A DNA stretch of 64,000 bases from Candidatus Aenigmatarchaeota archaeon. Its GTDB lineage: Archaea > Aenigmatarchaeota > Aenigmatarchaeia > CG10238-14. The notes below the pieces were generated by a model that saw only the letters and a program-made list of their open reading frames with translations, searched no databases and had not been told where the DNA came from. Position 1 is the first letter of the stretch; every line of letters begins with the position of its first letter. A program made the position numbers and the translations under genes. Shown here piece after piece: positions 9,061-17,052 of this stretch. Where the stretch lies: NCBI GenBank assembly GCA_030018415.1, contig JASEGC010000004.1, positions 10,470-74,469 on the forward strand, written 5' to 3'.

Positions 9061-9468
9061 TTGACTGATAGAATGATGATAAGGGAATGTCGTATAGAAG
9101 ATTTGAAACCTATGGAAAAAATGTCATCTACTTCTCTAAAATCATTCCTCCCTCAGGAATATTTCAAGAAAAATTTAAAGAATATCTTAGTTGCAGTCAA
9201 GAGTGGGATGACGGTCGGCTTCATAGTTTTCAAGAATGAGAACGTTTTAAACATAGTTGTCCATCCTGATTTCAGAAGGAGAGGAATTGGAAGAAGTTTG
9301 ATCGAGGAAGTGATAAAAAAATTCAAAAGAGTAAGATTAAGAACGAGAGAGAATAACAGGGATGCGATCAATTTTTTGAAGAAATTGGGGTTCAGTAAGA
9401 GGAGGATAATAAAGGAATATTACTCGGATGGAGAGAATGCAATAGAATGGGAAATTTATTCTAAATAA
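9061..9468 (+). CDS. GNAT-family N-acetyltransferase (RimI-like)
   Basis: The acetyl-CoA motif A is RRRGIGRSLIEE, and the size is typical of GNAT proteins. The start codon is uncertain (TTG 9061 or a downstream ATG). Confidence 0.8.
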   Translation: MTDRMMIRECRIEDLKPMEKMSSTSLKSFLPQEYFKKNLKNILVAVKSGMTVGFIVFKNENVLNIVVHPDFRRRGIGRSLIEEVIKKFKRVRLRTRENNRDAINFLKKLGFSKRRIIKEYYSDGENAIEWEIYSK

Positions 9469-12146
9469 ATACCAGGCTTCCCATATTTAGCTCTGATAGA
9501 CTTGTTTTGTGGGTCATATTTTTTAGAGTCTCTTACTAAGAAAACCTTTACCTCCTTAAAGCCAAATTCTCTCTTCAAGAAACTCGATGCTTGTTGGAGA
9601 TACAACATTTCTTTCTCCGTTATCACATAGAGATAAAGATCTTTATTCTTCTTAGAGAGCTTGATTGTTTGTTTGATATCTTCACATATATTCTTGAAAG
9701 TCTCTTCTTGTTTGAGAACATATTCATCTATTTTCTTTGGATCAAACTCAGGCCACTTCTCAAGAGAAATAAAACGCTCTTTATCCATCATATTCCATAT
9801 TTCTTCTGAGATGAATGGAGAATAAAGACTCAACACTTTTGTCATCACTTCCAGAGCATAATTTACGATTGTCTTATTTCTCTCTTCACTTCTCTTTAAA
9901 TACCATTGCAGATCATTAACCATTTGATGGAAATATGTCAATGCAGACCTGTTTTCGGCCTTCTCCAAATGATCAGTTATCATCTTGATGTAGTTTTGGA
10001 ATCTTGATACTAACCAAGCATCTATAGGCCTCTTTAACATCAATTTTCCTTTATCATAATATCTTTTAACTAATCCGTAGAATGATGATAGTTTATTTTT
10101 CCAAGCCAGAACATCTTTTTCTAACCAGTTAGCATCATTTAATCCTTCAGCAGAATCCATGAGAGCAATTCTTGTTGCGTCTGCACCATATTTTTCTATC
10201 GCATCCTTCAACAAAATGAAGTTCCCTTTCGATTTGCTCATCTTCTCTCCCTCTACATTGAGCATACCATTAATTGCAAAAGCTCTTGGCCAATTTTTCT
10301 CATTAGGCCATACAGCAGTGTGATGGAAGATGCAAAAGGTGAGGTGATTCGGAATAAGTTCTTTAGCCGATCCTCTTATATCAAATCCATACCAGTATTC
10401 GAAACTACTTCTCATCTTCTGGAGAATTTCTTTACTGATTCCTCGCTCTTCTGAAATTTTCTTGACATCTCCCTCACCATGAAAAACATACTCGAATACA
10501 TCATCATTCAACTGATCTGGCTCAATCTTCTCAGAGTTGATATAGTTTGCGATCGTATAATATGACATGTATATAACGCTATCCGACAACGTTTCAACAA
10601 TCCAATCCTTATCCCAAGGCAATCTCGTCCCAAGTCCAGATTTTCTTGCACAGGCTTTTTCCTGTAACCATTCGATTGTGGATTCAAAGTTTTCTCTCGC
10701 CTCTTCTGGATAGATTTTCATTCTTCTTAGACATAACCTTGCTTTTTCCTTCCATCTTTCATCAGAGAATTTCAAGAACCATTGATTCTCCAAGATCTTG
10801 ACATGACATTTAGTCCCACACCTGCATACGACTCCTCCAGAAAGTTCCCACATGGTTGTAGCCGCGTTGACTTTTTGAAAATCTTTCGATAGATCTTCTT
10901 TAACTTGAGACACTCTCATGCCTTGGTGTTCTCCACAAACTTCTCTCAAAATACCTTGATGGAATTCTTTCTTGTACAGGAAGTTAGTTGCCTTATCTAA
11001 TTTCTCGACTTCATTCTGGTTTTTAACCTCAAGTTTTTCGCACAAATCAACAGCAGGATGTTCACCCAAACCTTCAGTCTTTACAACAGATATTGGTTTA
11101 ATTTCACTCACTTCATCCAAACTTATTCCATATTTTTTCAGAAAACTTGGATTATACATTAAATCTTTTAATCCGATCCAATCGTACGGAGCATGTGAGG
11201 GAACTGACATTACCAAGCCAGTTGCACTCTTAGGATTTACAAAACTTGCTGGCAATATAAGGACTTCATTCATTAATATTGGGTTGATACAACGTTTGCC
11301 TATCAGTTCTTCACCCCTTATTTTTCCTTTGATCTGAACAGAGTGCATCTGATCTTTTAATTTTTCTGTGCAACTTTCGCTTATTATCCAGATTTCATTA
11401 TCAACTTTCGCTTTTACATATTCAACATCAGGATTTATCCAAACGTTCGTTACGCCGTAAATAGTCTCTGGTCTCAACGTTCCCATGGGCAATATCTCTC
11501 CAGAAGGAAGTTTGAAGTTAAAAAGAATGTAGTTGATAGGACCTTCTCCTCCTCCTTGAAGTCTGTCATGATCACCAGTTGGGCTTTTGCAATTGGGACA
11601 CCAAACTACAGGATGAGTGCCTTGAACAACATAGCCATTATCTTTTAGTAATCGATATTGCCATTCGATGAAACGGTTGAACTCGGGATCGATTGTAGTA
11701 AAGCTTCTTCGCCAATCTACAGCTATACCTAATCTATTTACATCCTGTTTAATTCTTTTTTGCCAGTATCTGACTAAGTATTTAGGGTCTTTGAACTTTT
11801 TTATTTCCCTTTCTGATACTCCCGCATCTGTTAACATTTTAATTTGGTCTGAATCGTCTTTTTCGATTCTTTTGGCTACCCCAACTATTGGCTCTCCCGT
11901 TGCATGGAAAGCGAATGGGAAAAGAACATTATAACCCTGCATTCTCTTGAACCTTGCGATCACGTCCATTCTAGTATAAGTAAAACCGTGACCCAGATGA
12001 AGACAAGAATTAACGTAAGGGAAGGGCGAATTCACGAACCATTTTTTTCTTTCGTCTGGATTTGCTTCAAATATTTTAGCATCTGCCCATTTCTGACGCC
12101 ATTTATCTTCTATTGCTTTGAAGTCTAGGTCAACGATTTTAATCAC
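9456..12146 (-). CDS. leuS: Leucyl-tRNA synthetase, archaeal type
   Basis: HIGH-type motif CLHLGHG, KMSKS motif EKMSKSKGN, a CP1 editing region, 896 aa. Confidence 0.95.
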   Translation of the reverse strand: MIKIVDLDFKAIEDKWRQKWADAKIFEANPDERKKWFVNSPFPYVNSCLHLGHGFTYTRMDVIARFKRMQGYNVLFPFAFHATGEPIVGVAKRIEKDDSDQIKMLTDAGVSEREIKKFKDPKYLVRYWQKRIKQDVNRLGIAVDWRRSFTTIDPEFNRFIEWQYRLLKDNGYVVQGTHPVVWCPNCKSPTGDHDRLQGGGEGPINYILFNFKLPSGEILPMGTLRPETIYGVTNVWINPDVEYVKAKVDNEIWIISESCTEKLKDQMHSVQIKGKIRGEELIGKRCINPILMNEVLILPASFVNPKSATGLVMSVPSHAPYDWIGLKDLMYNPSFLKKYGISLDEVSEIKPISVVKTEGLGEHPAVDLCEKLEVKNQNEVEKLDKATNFLYKKEFHQGILREVCGEHQGMRVSQVKEDLSKDFQKVNAATTMWELSGGVVCRCGTKCHVKILENQWFLKFSDERWKEKARLCLRRMKIYPEEARENFESTIEWLQEKACARKSGLGTRLPWDKDWIVETLSDSVIYMSYYTIANYINSEKIEPDQLNDDVFEYVFHGEGDVKKISEERGISKEILQKMRSSFEYWYGFDIRGSAKELIPNHLTFCIFHHTAVWPNEKNWPRAFAINGMLNVEGEKMSKSKGNFILLKDAIEKYGADATRIALMDSAEGLNDANWLEKDVLAWKNKLSSFYGLVKRYYDKGKLMLKRPIDAWLVSRFQNYIKMITDHLEKAENRSALTYFHQMVNDLQWYLKRSEERNKTIVNYALEVMTKVLSLYSPFISEEIWNMMDKERFISLEKWPEFDPKKIDEYVLKQEETFKNICEDIKQTIKLSKKNKDLYLYVITEKEMLYLQQASSFLKREFGFKEVKVFLVRDSKKYDPQNKSIRAKYGKPGIYLE

Positions 12147-12192
12147 CTTACACTAAGAATAAATAAAAGAAAATAAAAAACTAATGTATTCT

Positions 12193-12801
12193 ATGGTTGT
12201 GAAACACGTGACAGTAGCTATAGCACAATTAAACTTAACTTCCAGCATCAAAAAAATATAAAAAATATTTTATCAAAGTTGCCAAGATTAAAAAAAGCCG
12301 ATATCGTTTGTTTTCCTGAAACCTCTCTAAAGGGAGCCATAGATATAAAAGATCCCAAAATAAAAGAAATTTTCGCTGAATGTAAAAAATTCTATTTGGT
12401 GTATTATCGGGATTTCATTAGAGAGAAAACATACTTTGGGAGCTACTTATCCAAACGCTTTATATTCTATGGCCAAAAAAACAAGCAGATATAATTTTTT
12501 GTCCTATGTACTGGTGTTACGATATATGGATGCATAAAAAGAATCACTTAGTAATGGAGAAAAAAATATTACAATCTTTAATACTCACAAGGGCATACGA
12601 AAATTTGGTTTATGTAGTTTTTTGCAATCTCTTCGTGAAAAATGAAAAAAACTCGTATCATATTCAGCGGTAGCAGAACCACACAAAATAATAAAGGAAA
12701 TATTTAATAAAGAGGGATTAATAATCGCTGATCTTAGCATTCCCAAGTTACATAAAATTAGACAGAGATACAAGAAGTATTATAGAAAACAATTATTTTG
12801 A
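12193..12801 (+). pseudogene. Carbon-nitrogen hydrolase (nitrilase superfamily) pseudogene
   Basis: Fragments lie in three frames: MVVKHVTVAIAQLNL.., ..KKADIVCFPETSL.., ..ADIIFCPMYW..LTRAYENLVYVV.. and ..EGLIIADLSIPKLHKIRQRY. There is a frameshift in an A7 run (12250-12256), several stops, and the middle part that should carry the catalytic Lys/Cys is missing. Confidence 0.7.
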
Positions 12802-12814
12802 TATTCCACATCTT

Positions 12815-13207
12815 TCATACCTGTTTGTTCCCAAGTTTATCATTAAATTCTTCGAAGGTTTTCACTCTTCCCATGCATAACCCTTTATCTGAAAATACCG
12901 CTTTTATTACGACCGGACCTTCTACCAAGATTTTTTTCTTATTGTAATTCGATTTCTTCGGGATGAGATAGGTTAACGGTGTTGGTATTTTATGTTCTAA
13001 GCATTCGAGATAGAACATCCACTTATCTTCTTGATAATAAAAAGAGTGGCTGGAATTAATGACTTTTACTCCAAACTCTTCGAATGTTTTTCTAAAGGAA
13101 GTAATATTAGATTAAAACTTCTTTTTAGTAGTTTAACTAAAATTTTTATCATCAAGACTTTTATCTGATTCGGGATAAACGTACCCGATAGTATACTTTT
13201 TTACCAT
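12815..13207 (-). pseudogene. Unidentified gene relic (possibly the N-terminal part of an ATP-grasp enzyme)
   Basis: A single frame reads MVKKYTIGYVYPESDKSLDDKNFS-TAA-TTKKKF-TAA-SNITSFRKTFEEFGVKVI...ILVEGPVVIKAVFSDKGLCMGRVKTFEEF. It has two in-frame TAA codons and ends after ~130 codons. The family assignment is tentative. Confidence 0.35.
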
Positions 13208-13270
13208 ATAAGATATTTTAATTTTTTATAGTATATTAATAACTTAAAATGTTATCATCTATAGTGGACA

Positions 13271-13360
13271 GGGCCTGTAGCTCAGTTTGGATGCAAACGA
13301 GCCAAAAAGAGTAGGTGGCTTCTAACCACAAGGTCGAGGGTTCGAATCCCTTCAGGCCCA
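13271..13360 (+). tRNA. tRNA-Arg (anticodon TCT) with a ~15-nt non-canonical intron in the D-loop (model: intron 13293-13307)
   Basis: The 7-bp acceptor is GGGCCTG/CAGGCCC, the T-arm is GAGGG-TTCGAAT-CCCTT and the anticodon loop is CTTCTAA. The D-stem GCTC/GAGT only forms after removal of an insert between GGAT and AGAGT. The mature length would be 75 nt. Confidence 0.75.
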
Positions 13361-13583
13361 TTGTTAGAATTGTGTGAAAATCTCCTCCAAGAATAAAAGT
13401 CTTCTGTGACATGTGTATCCACAAAAAGTGATGATTAATTATTGGACTATAAACCTTTTTCATTTGGATTATTCTTGATTGTCTGACTACTTTAAAAACC
13501 AGAACTATCAAAAAATAGAAAGTGATATGTTTAAATAGTTTGAGTGTGATTAATTCTCAGAAAATAAATACGGTGAAAACAAA

Positions 13584-13655
13584 ATGCCAAAGTATGAAGA
13601 AGAATGGGAAGAGGAAGAAGGCGAAGAGGAAGAAGGCGAAGAGGAAGAGTGGTAA
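13584..13655 (+). CDS. Candidate 23-aa hyper-acidic microprotein MPKYEEEWEEEEGEEEEGEEEEW
   Basis: ATG preceded by GGTGA (13572-13576). It contains an internal direct repeat of gaagaggaagaaggc and is followed by a strong oligo-T tract. No homology can be claimed. Confidence 0.3.
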   Translation: MPKYEEEWEEEEGEEEEGEEEEW

Positions 13656-13679
13656 CGACTTAAGATTGTAATTGAATCG

Positions 13680-13717
13680 TTTTTATTTTTTTATTTTTTT
13701 ATTTTTTTATTTTTTTA
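13680..13717 (+). terminator. Tandem oligo-T tract, T5A followed by (T7A)x4; likely archaeal oligo-T terminator and/or AT-rich promoter spacer
   Basis: Read directly as tttttatttttttatttttttatttttttattttttta. Archaeal RNA polymerase terminates at oligo-T runs. Confidence 0.5.
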
Positions 13718-13793
13718 AAATTTCTGCTTGAAAATTAGATTAATATTTCTAATACAGTTAAGCTTAAGGCTAAAAAAGAAAAATAATTATTGA

Positions 13794-14570
13794 ATGACAA
13801 GGTTGATTCTTCTCACTTCTGGTAAAGGTGGAGTCGGTAAGACAACTTTAACCTCTAATCTAGCTGCTTCTTTAGCCGAGTTTGGTGAGAATGTGATAGC
13901 GATGGATGCCAACCTAACGACGCCAAACTTAGGTTTACAGCTTGGTATGCATTTGACTCCACACACTCTCCATGATGTTTTAAAGGGAAAGAGCAGGTTG
14001 CAAGATGCTATATATCCCCATCCCCTTGGTTTTAGAGTGATACCTTCCAGTTTAGGGTTGGATGATATTAAAGGTGTGGATGTGGGAAGACTCCCTGAGA
14101 TAAGTTTTAGTTTACTTGGAAAGGCTGATTATGTCATCATGGACTCTGCTGCTGGTATTGGTAGAGAAGCTTTATCAGCCATTTCTGCTACTGATGAGAT
14201 AATCATCGTGACGAACCCAGACTTACCAGCTGTGACGGATGCTTTGAAAATGTTAAAAATTGCTCAAGAACCGAACATAAAGATCATCGGGACTGTTGTC
14301 AACAGAATGAAAGGAGAAAAACATGAGTTGATGGCCGAAAAAATCGAGGAAATACTTGGTATTCCGATAATTGCAGAGATACCAGAAGATGACAACGTTG
14401 CCTTGAGCATAGCGGCAAAAAAACCTTTGGTTAATTATTCTCCTAATTCACCTGCAGCGATCGAAATAAAAAAATTGGCTGCATGGTTGAGTGGAAGAAA
14501 ATATGAGAAAATCAAATCGAGAAGGAGTATGAATTTATTGCAGAGGTTTGTTGCTTGGCTGACGAAATAA
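13794..14570 (+). CDS. minD: MinD/ParA-family P-loop ATPase (second copy)
   Basis: Deviant Walker A SGKGGVGKTT, the MDSAAG motif, and an amphipathic C-terminus LLQRFVAWLTK. Confidence 0.85.
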   Translation: MTRLILLTSGKGGVGKTTLTSNLAASLAEFGENVIAMDANLTTPNLGLQLGMHLTPHTLHDVLKGKSRLQDAIYPHPLGFRVIPSSLGLDDIKGVDVGRLPEISFSLLGKADYVIMDSAAGIGREALSAISATDEIIIVTNPDLPAVTDALKMLKIAQEPNIKIIGTVVNRMKGEKHELMAEKIEEILGIPIIAEIPEDDNVALSIAAKKPLVNYSPNSPAAIEIKKLAAWLSGRKYEKIKSRRSMNLLQRFVAWLTK

Positions 14571-14613
14571 ATCATCCACGAATAAAATACCTGAATTAAA
14601 TCTTTAAATGAAA

Positions 14614-15390
14614 TCAGCGTGCGACTGTACTTGAATGTTTTGTTATCAAAGTTTTTATCTTGTCAACAATCCTAAAGAATTTTTTATCTCTTTCGTGCTT
14701 CATCCTGGGTCTAGGTATCTCCACTTCTACATCGCCTATAATCTTTCCTGGTCTTGCTGATAGAACAATCACTCTGTCTGCCATAAAAACGGCTTCTTCT
14801 ATTGAGTGTGTAACCATGATGAAAGTGTTGGTAATGTTTGTTTTATCGTTCCAAATATCTAGTACTTCTTTTCTTAGTACTTCAGCAGTTAAAGCATCCA
14901 AAGAAGAAAATGGCTCATCCATCAAAAGAATTTCAGGTTCTAATGCTAAAGCCCTAGCAATACCAACTCTCTGTTTCATGCCTCCAGAAAGGCCATGAGG
15001 ATAGACATCTATAAAATCTTCCAAACCAACATCTTTCACGAAACGCATCGCTCTCTCTCTCCTTTCTTTCGGGCCAAGACCCTGTATTTCCAGAGGTAGT
15101 TCAATATTCTCTAGAAGAGTCTTCCAAGGCAATAAGCCAAAGTGTTGAAATACCATAGTTATTTTTAGTGTTGGTGCGAGTAGGGGTTTACCATGGAAAA
15201 GAATTTTACCAAAATCTGGAGTTTCAAGGCCTGCGATTATTCTCAGCAGAGTAGACTTTCCACAACCAGAAGGGCCTACTATTGCTAGGAATTCATCCTC
15301 ATTTGCCTCAAAACTGATGTTGTCTAAAACAAGAATTTTCTTCTCATTCATAAAACTTTTTGTTACGTTTTTTACTTCTAACAGTGCCAT
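14614..15390 (-). CDS. ABC transporter ATP-binding protein (NitT/TauT nitrate/sulfonate/taurine-like family)
   Basis: Walker A GPSGCGKST, signature LSGGMKQR, Walker B LLMDEPFSSLD. Confidence 0.9.
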   Translation of the reverse strand: MALLEVKNVTKSFMNEKKILVLDNISFEANEDEFLAIVGPSGCGKSTLLRIIAGLETPDFGKILFHGKPLLAPTLKITMVFQHFGLLPWKTLLENIELPLEIQGLGPKERRERAMRFVKDVGLEDFIDVYPHGLSGGMKQRVGIARALALEPEILLMDEPFSSLDALTAEVLRKEVLDIWNDKTNITNTFIMVTHSIEEAVFMADRVIVLSARPGKIIGDVEVEIPRPRMKHERDKKFFRIVDKIKTLITKHSSTVAR

Positions 15391-15392
15391 GT

Positions 15393-17027
15393 TTAAGTCT
15401 CCAATTCATATTTTTCGGTTTTTTTAAGCAATTTTCTCCAAACAAACCATTCCATCAGTATGACAATACTTGATATAATGGAAAGTATGAAGATAAGCAT
15501 TATAGTGTTACCTTCTTCATAACCTACTTTATCAAGAAAAGAACCTAAACCCGGAATAGAAAGAACTTCTTTGCCATAAGGCATATACTCTGAAAATATT
15601 ATGGTATTCCAACCAGTACCCCATGCTAGAATACTACCTGTTACTATCGCAGGCACTATGGCAGGAAGAATTATATGTTTAATCCTTTTCATCCCCTTAA
15701 AACCAAAAATTTTTGAAACTTCTCTCATTTCCTCAGGTATACTCTTCACAGCAATGGCGATATTCAGAAACATATACCATATCATATCCAAAACAAGCAT
15801 GGTAATTGCAGTTATCTCAAGGCCCAATCTACCACCAAAAGTTTGACTGAGACATACGAACAGTATAGGAAATAAAGCTAGAACCGGAATTGCCTGGCCT
15901 ATATCATACAATGGATAGAATATCATCGCAAACTTCTTTTTCTCGGCTGCGAGTATCCCCATAAAGATTGCTATCGCTAAAGCAATAATATATGCTATAG
16001 TCAATCTGGATAGGGTAAAGAAAGTGTATATGGGTAATTTACTAATTTCTGGGATGAAGATAGATTTTTTGATATCTTCAAGAGTAGGCACTTTGATAGA
16101 AAAAATTACCAGAATGAAAATGATGATTACAATAATAATCGATATTATCCTTTGATAGGATGTGTAAATTCTTCGTTTTGACTTCGATAAAATATGGTGC
16201 CTAAACTTAAATTGAAGTGTAAAACGTCTTTTCTTGATCTTCTTATCGTGTGGTATAGTGAAAAATCCTAATTTTATCAGAGGCATGTAAGAGCTGACTT
16301 TTTCTGTCAACCTATGCCATGTCAAATAATTAATAAAAATCACAAGAAACGTAACCACGATTAGAATGATTATTGATAGGTTAACATCATTGTAGACATA
16401 AGTGGATTTTGCTAAGAATGATCCCAAACCAGGTAGGGAACGAACCTGTCCAGCATAAGATATGTATTCAGCAGCTATCATGAAGAACCATCCATCACAC
16501 CATGCTAAGAAACTCCCGGAAATTATAGCTGGCATGATCGCAGGTATCATTACATGCCTTATAAATTGAAAGCCCTTTATATTGAATGACTTTGCTGCAT
16601 CGAGTATGTTTACTGGAATACTTTTTGCAGCATCAAAAACACCAAAAAATATTGCCCAGACCATTGAAGTGAATAAAAGGAAAATAGAAGCCAATTCCAA
16701 GCCTATCGCACTTGGAAATATTGCGATGAATATCATTATAGCCACTGGAAAATACCCCAGTATTGGAATTGATTGAAGTATATCAAATGTAGGTGTTATT
16801 ATTGATGAAAATCTTTTATTCATTGAAGCCAGGATACCAAAAGATAGACCAAAAACAAGAGATAGAATATAGGCTGTTGTTATCCTCAATAAACTCCTGA
16901 AAGTATAATAAGGTAAGTTTCCTATCTCTGGATTTTTTACATTAGTCATCACATATGTGTATGAAAGTATCAGCAGAACAAGCCCGATAATAAAGCCGAC
17001 TAAATATCTCTTCGTAGATTTTTTCAT
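15393..17027 (-). CDS. ABC transporter permease, internally duplicated (two fused permease domains)
   Basis: 544 aa made of two homologous halves, for example ...AAKSFNIKGFQFIRHVMIPAIMPAIISGSFLAWCDGW and ...VSKIFGFKGMKRIKHIILPAIVPAIVTGSILAWGTGW. Its stop is adjacent to the ATPase gene start. Confidence 0.85.
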   Translation of the reverse strand: MKKSTKRYLVGFIIGLVLLILSYTYVMTNVKNPEIGNLPYYTFRSLLRITTAYILSLVFGLSFGILASMNKRFSSIITPTFDILQSIPILGYFPVAIMIFIAIFPSAIGLELASIFLLFTSMVWAIFFGVFDAAKSIPVNILDAAKSFNIKGFQFIRHVMIPAIMPAIISGSFLAWCDGWFFMIAAEYISYAGQVRSLPGLGSFLAKSTYVYNDVNLSIIILIVVTFLVIFINYLTWHRLTEKVSSYMPLIKLGFFTIPHDKKIKKRRFTLQFKFRHHILSKSKRRIYTSYQRIISIIIVIIIFILVIFSIKVPTLEDIKKSIFIPEISKLPIYTFFTLSRLTIAYIIALAIAIFMGILAAEKKKFAMIFYPLYDIGQAIPVLALFPILFVCLSQTFGGRLGLEITAITMLVLDMIWYMFLNIAIAVKSIPEEMREVSKIFGFKGMKRIKHIILPAIVPAIVTGSILAWGTGWNTIIFSEYMPYGKEVLSIPGLGSFLDKVGYEEGNTIMLIFILSIISSIVILMEWFVWRKLLKKTEKYELET

Positions 17028-17052
17028 GAATAATAACTTGTTTTTTAATGGT

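Noticed and set aside
12193-13207. In-frame TAA/TAG codons as stop-codon recoding or an alternative genetic code
   Set aside because: All well-conserved genes in the window terminate normally at TAA, TAG or TGA. The affected loci also show frameshifts and missing catalytic segments, so pseudogenes are the simpler reading.
13428-13496. Possible C/D-box sRNA: GTGATGA at 13428-34 and CTGA at 13493-96, downstream of tRNA-Arg
   Set aside because: There are no convincing D' or C' boxes and no terminal stem, and the spacing is longer than usual. A 7-mer plus a 4-mer is expected by chance several times in 64 kb. The same applies to GTGATGA at ~58940.
13236-13511. 91-aa minus-strand ORF
   Set aside because: It runs straight through the tRNA-Arg gene and is an artefact of an open frame.
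13680-13717. CRISPR-like or minisatellite array
   Set aside because: The units are 8 nt of pure T/A with no spacers. No CRISPR repeats or cas genes occur anywhere in the window.
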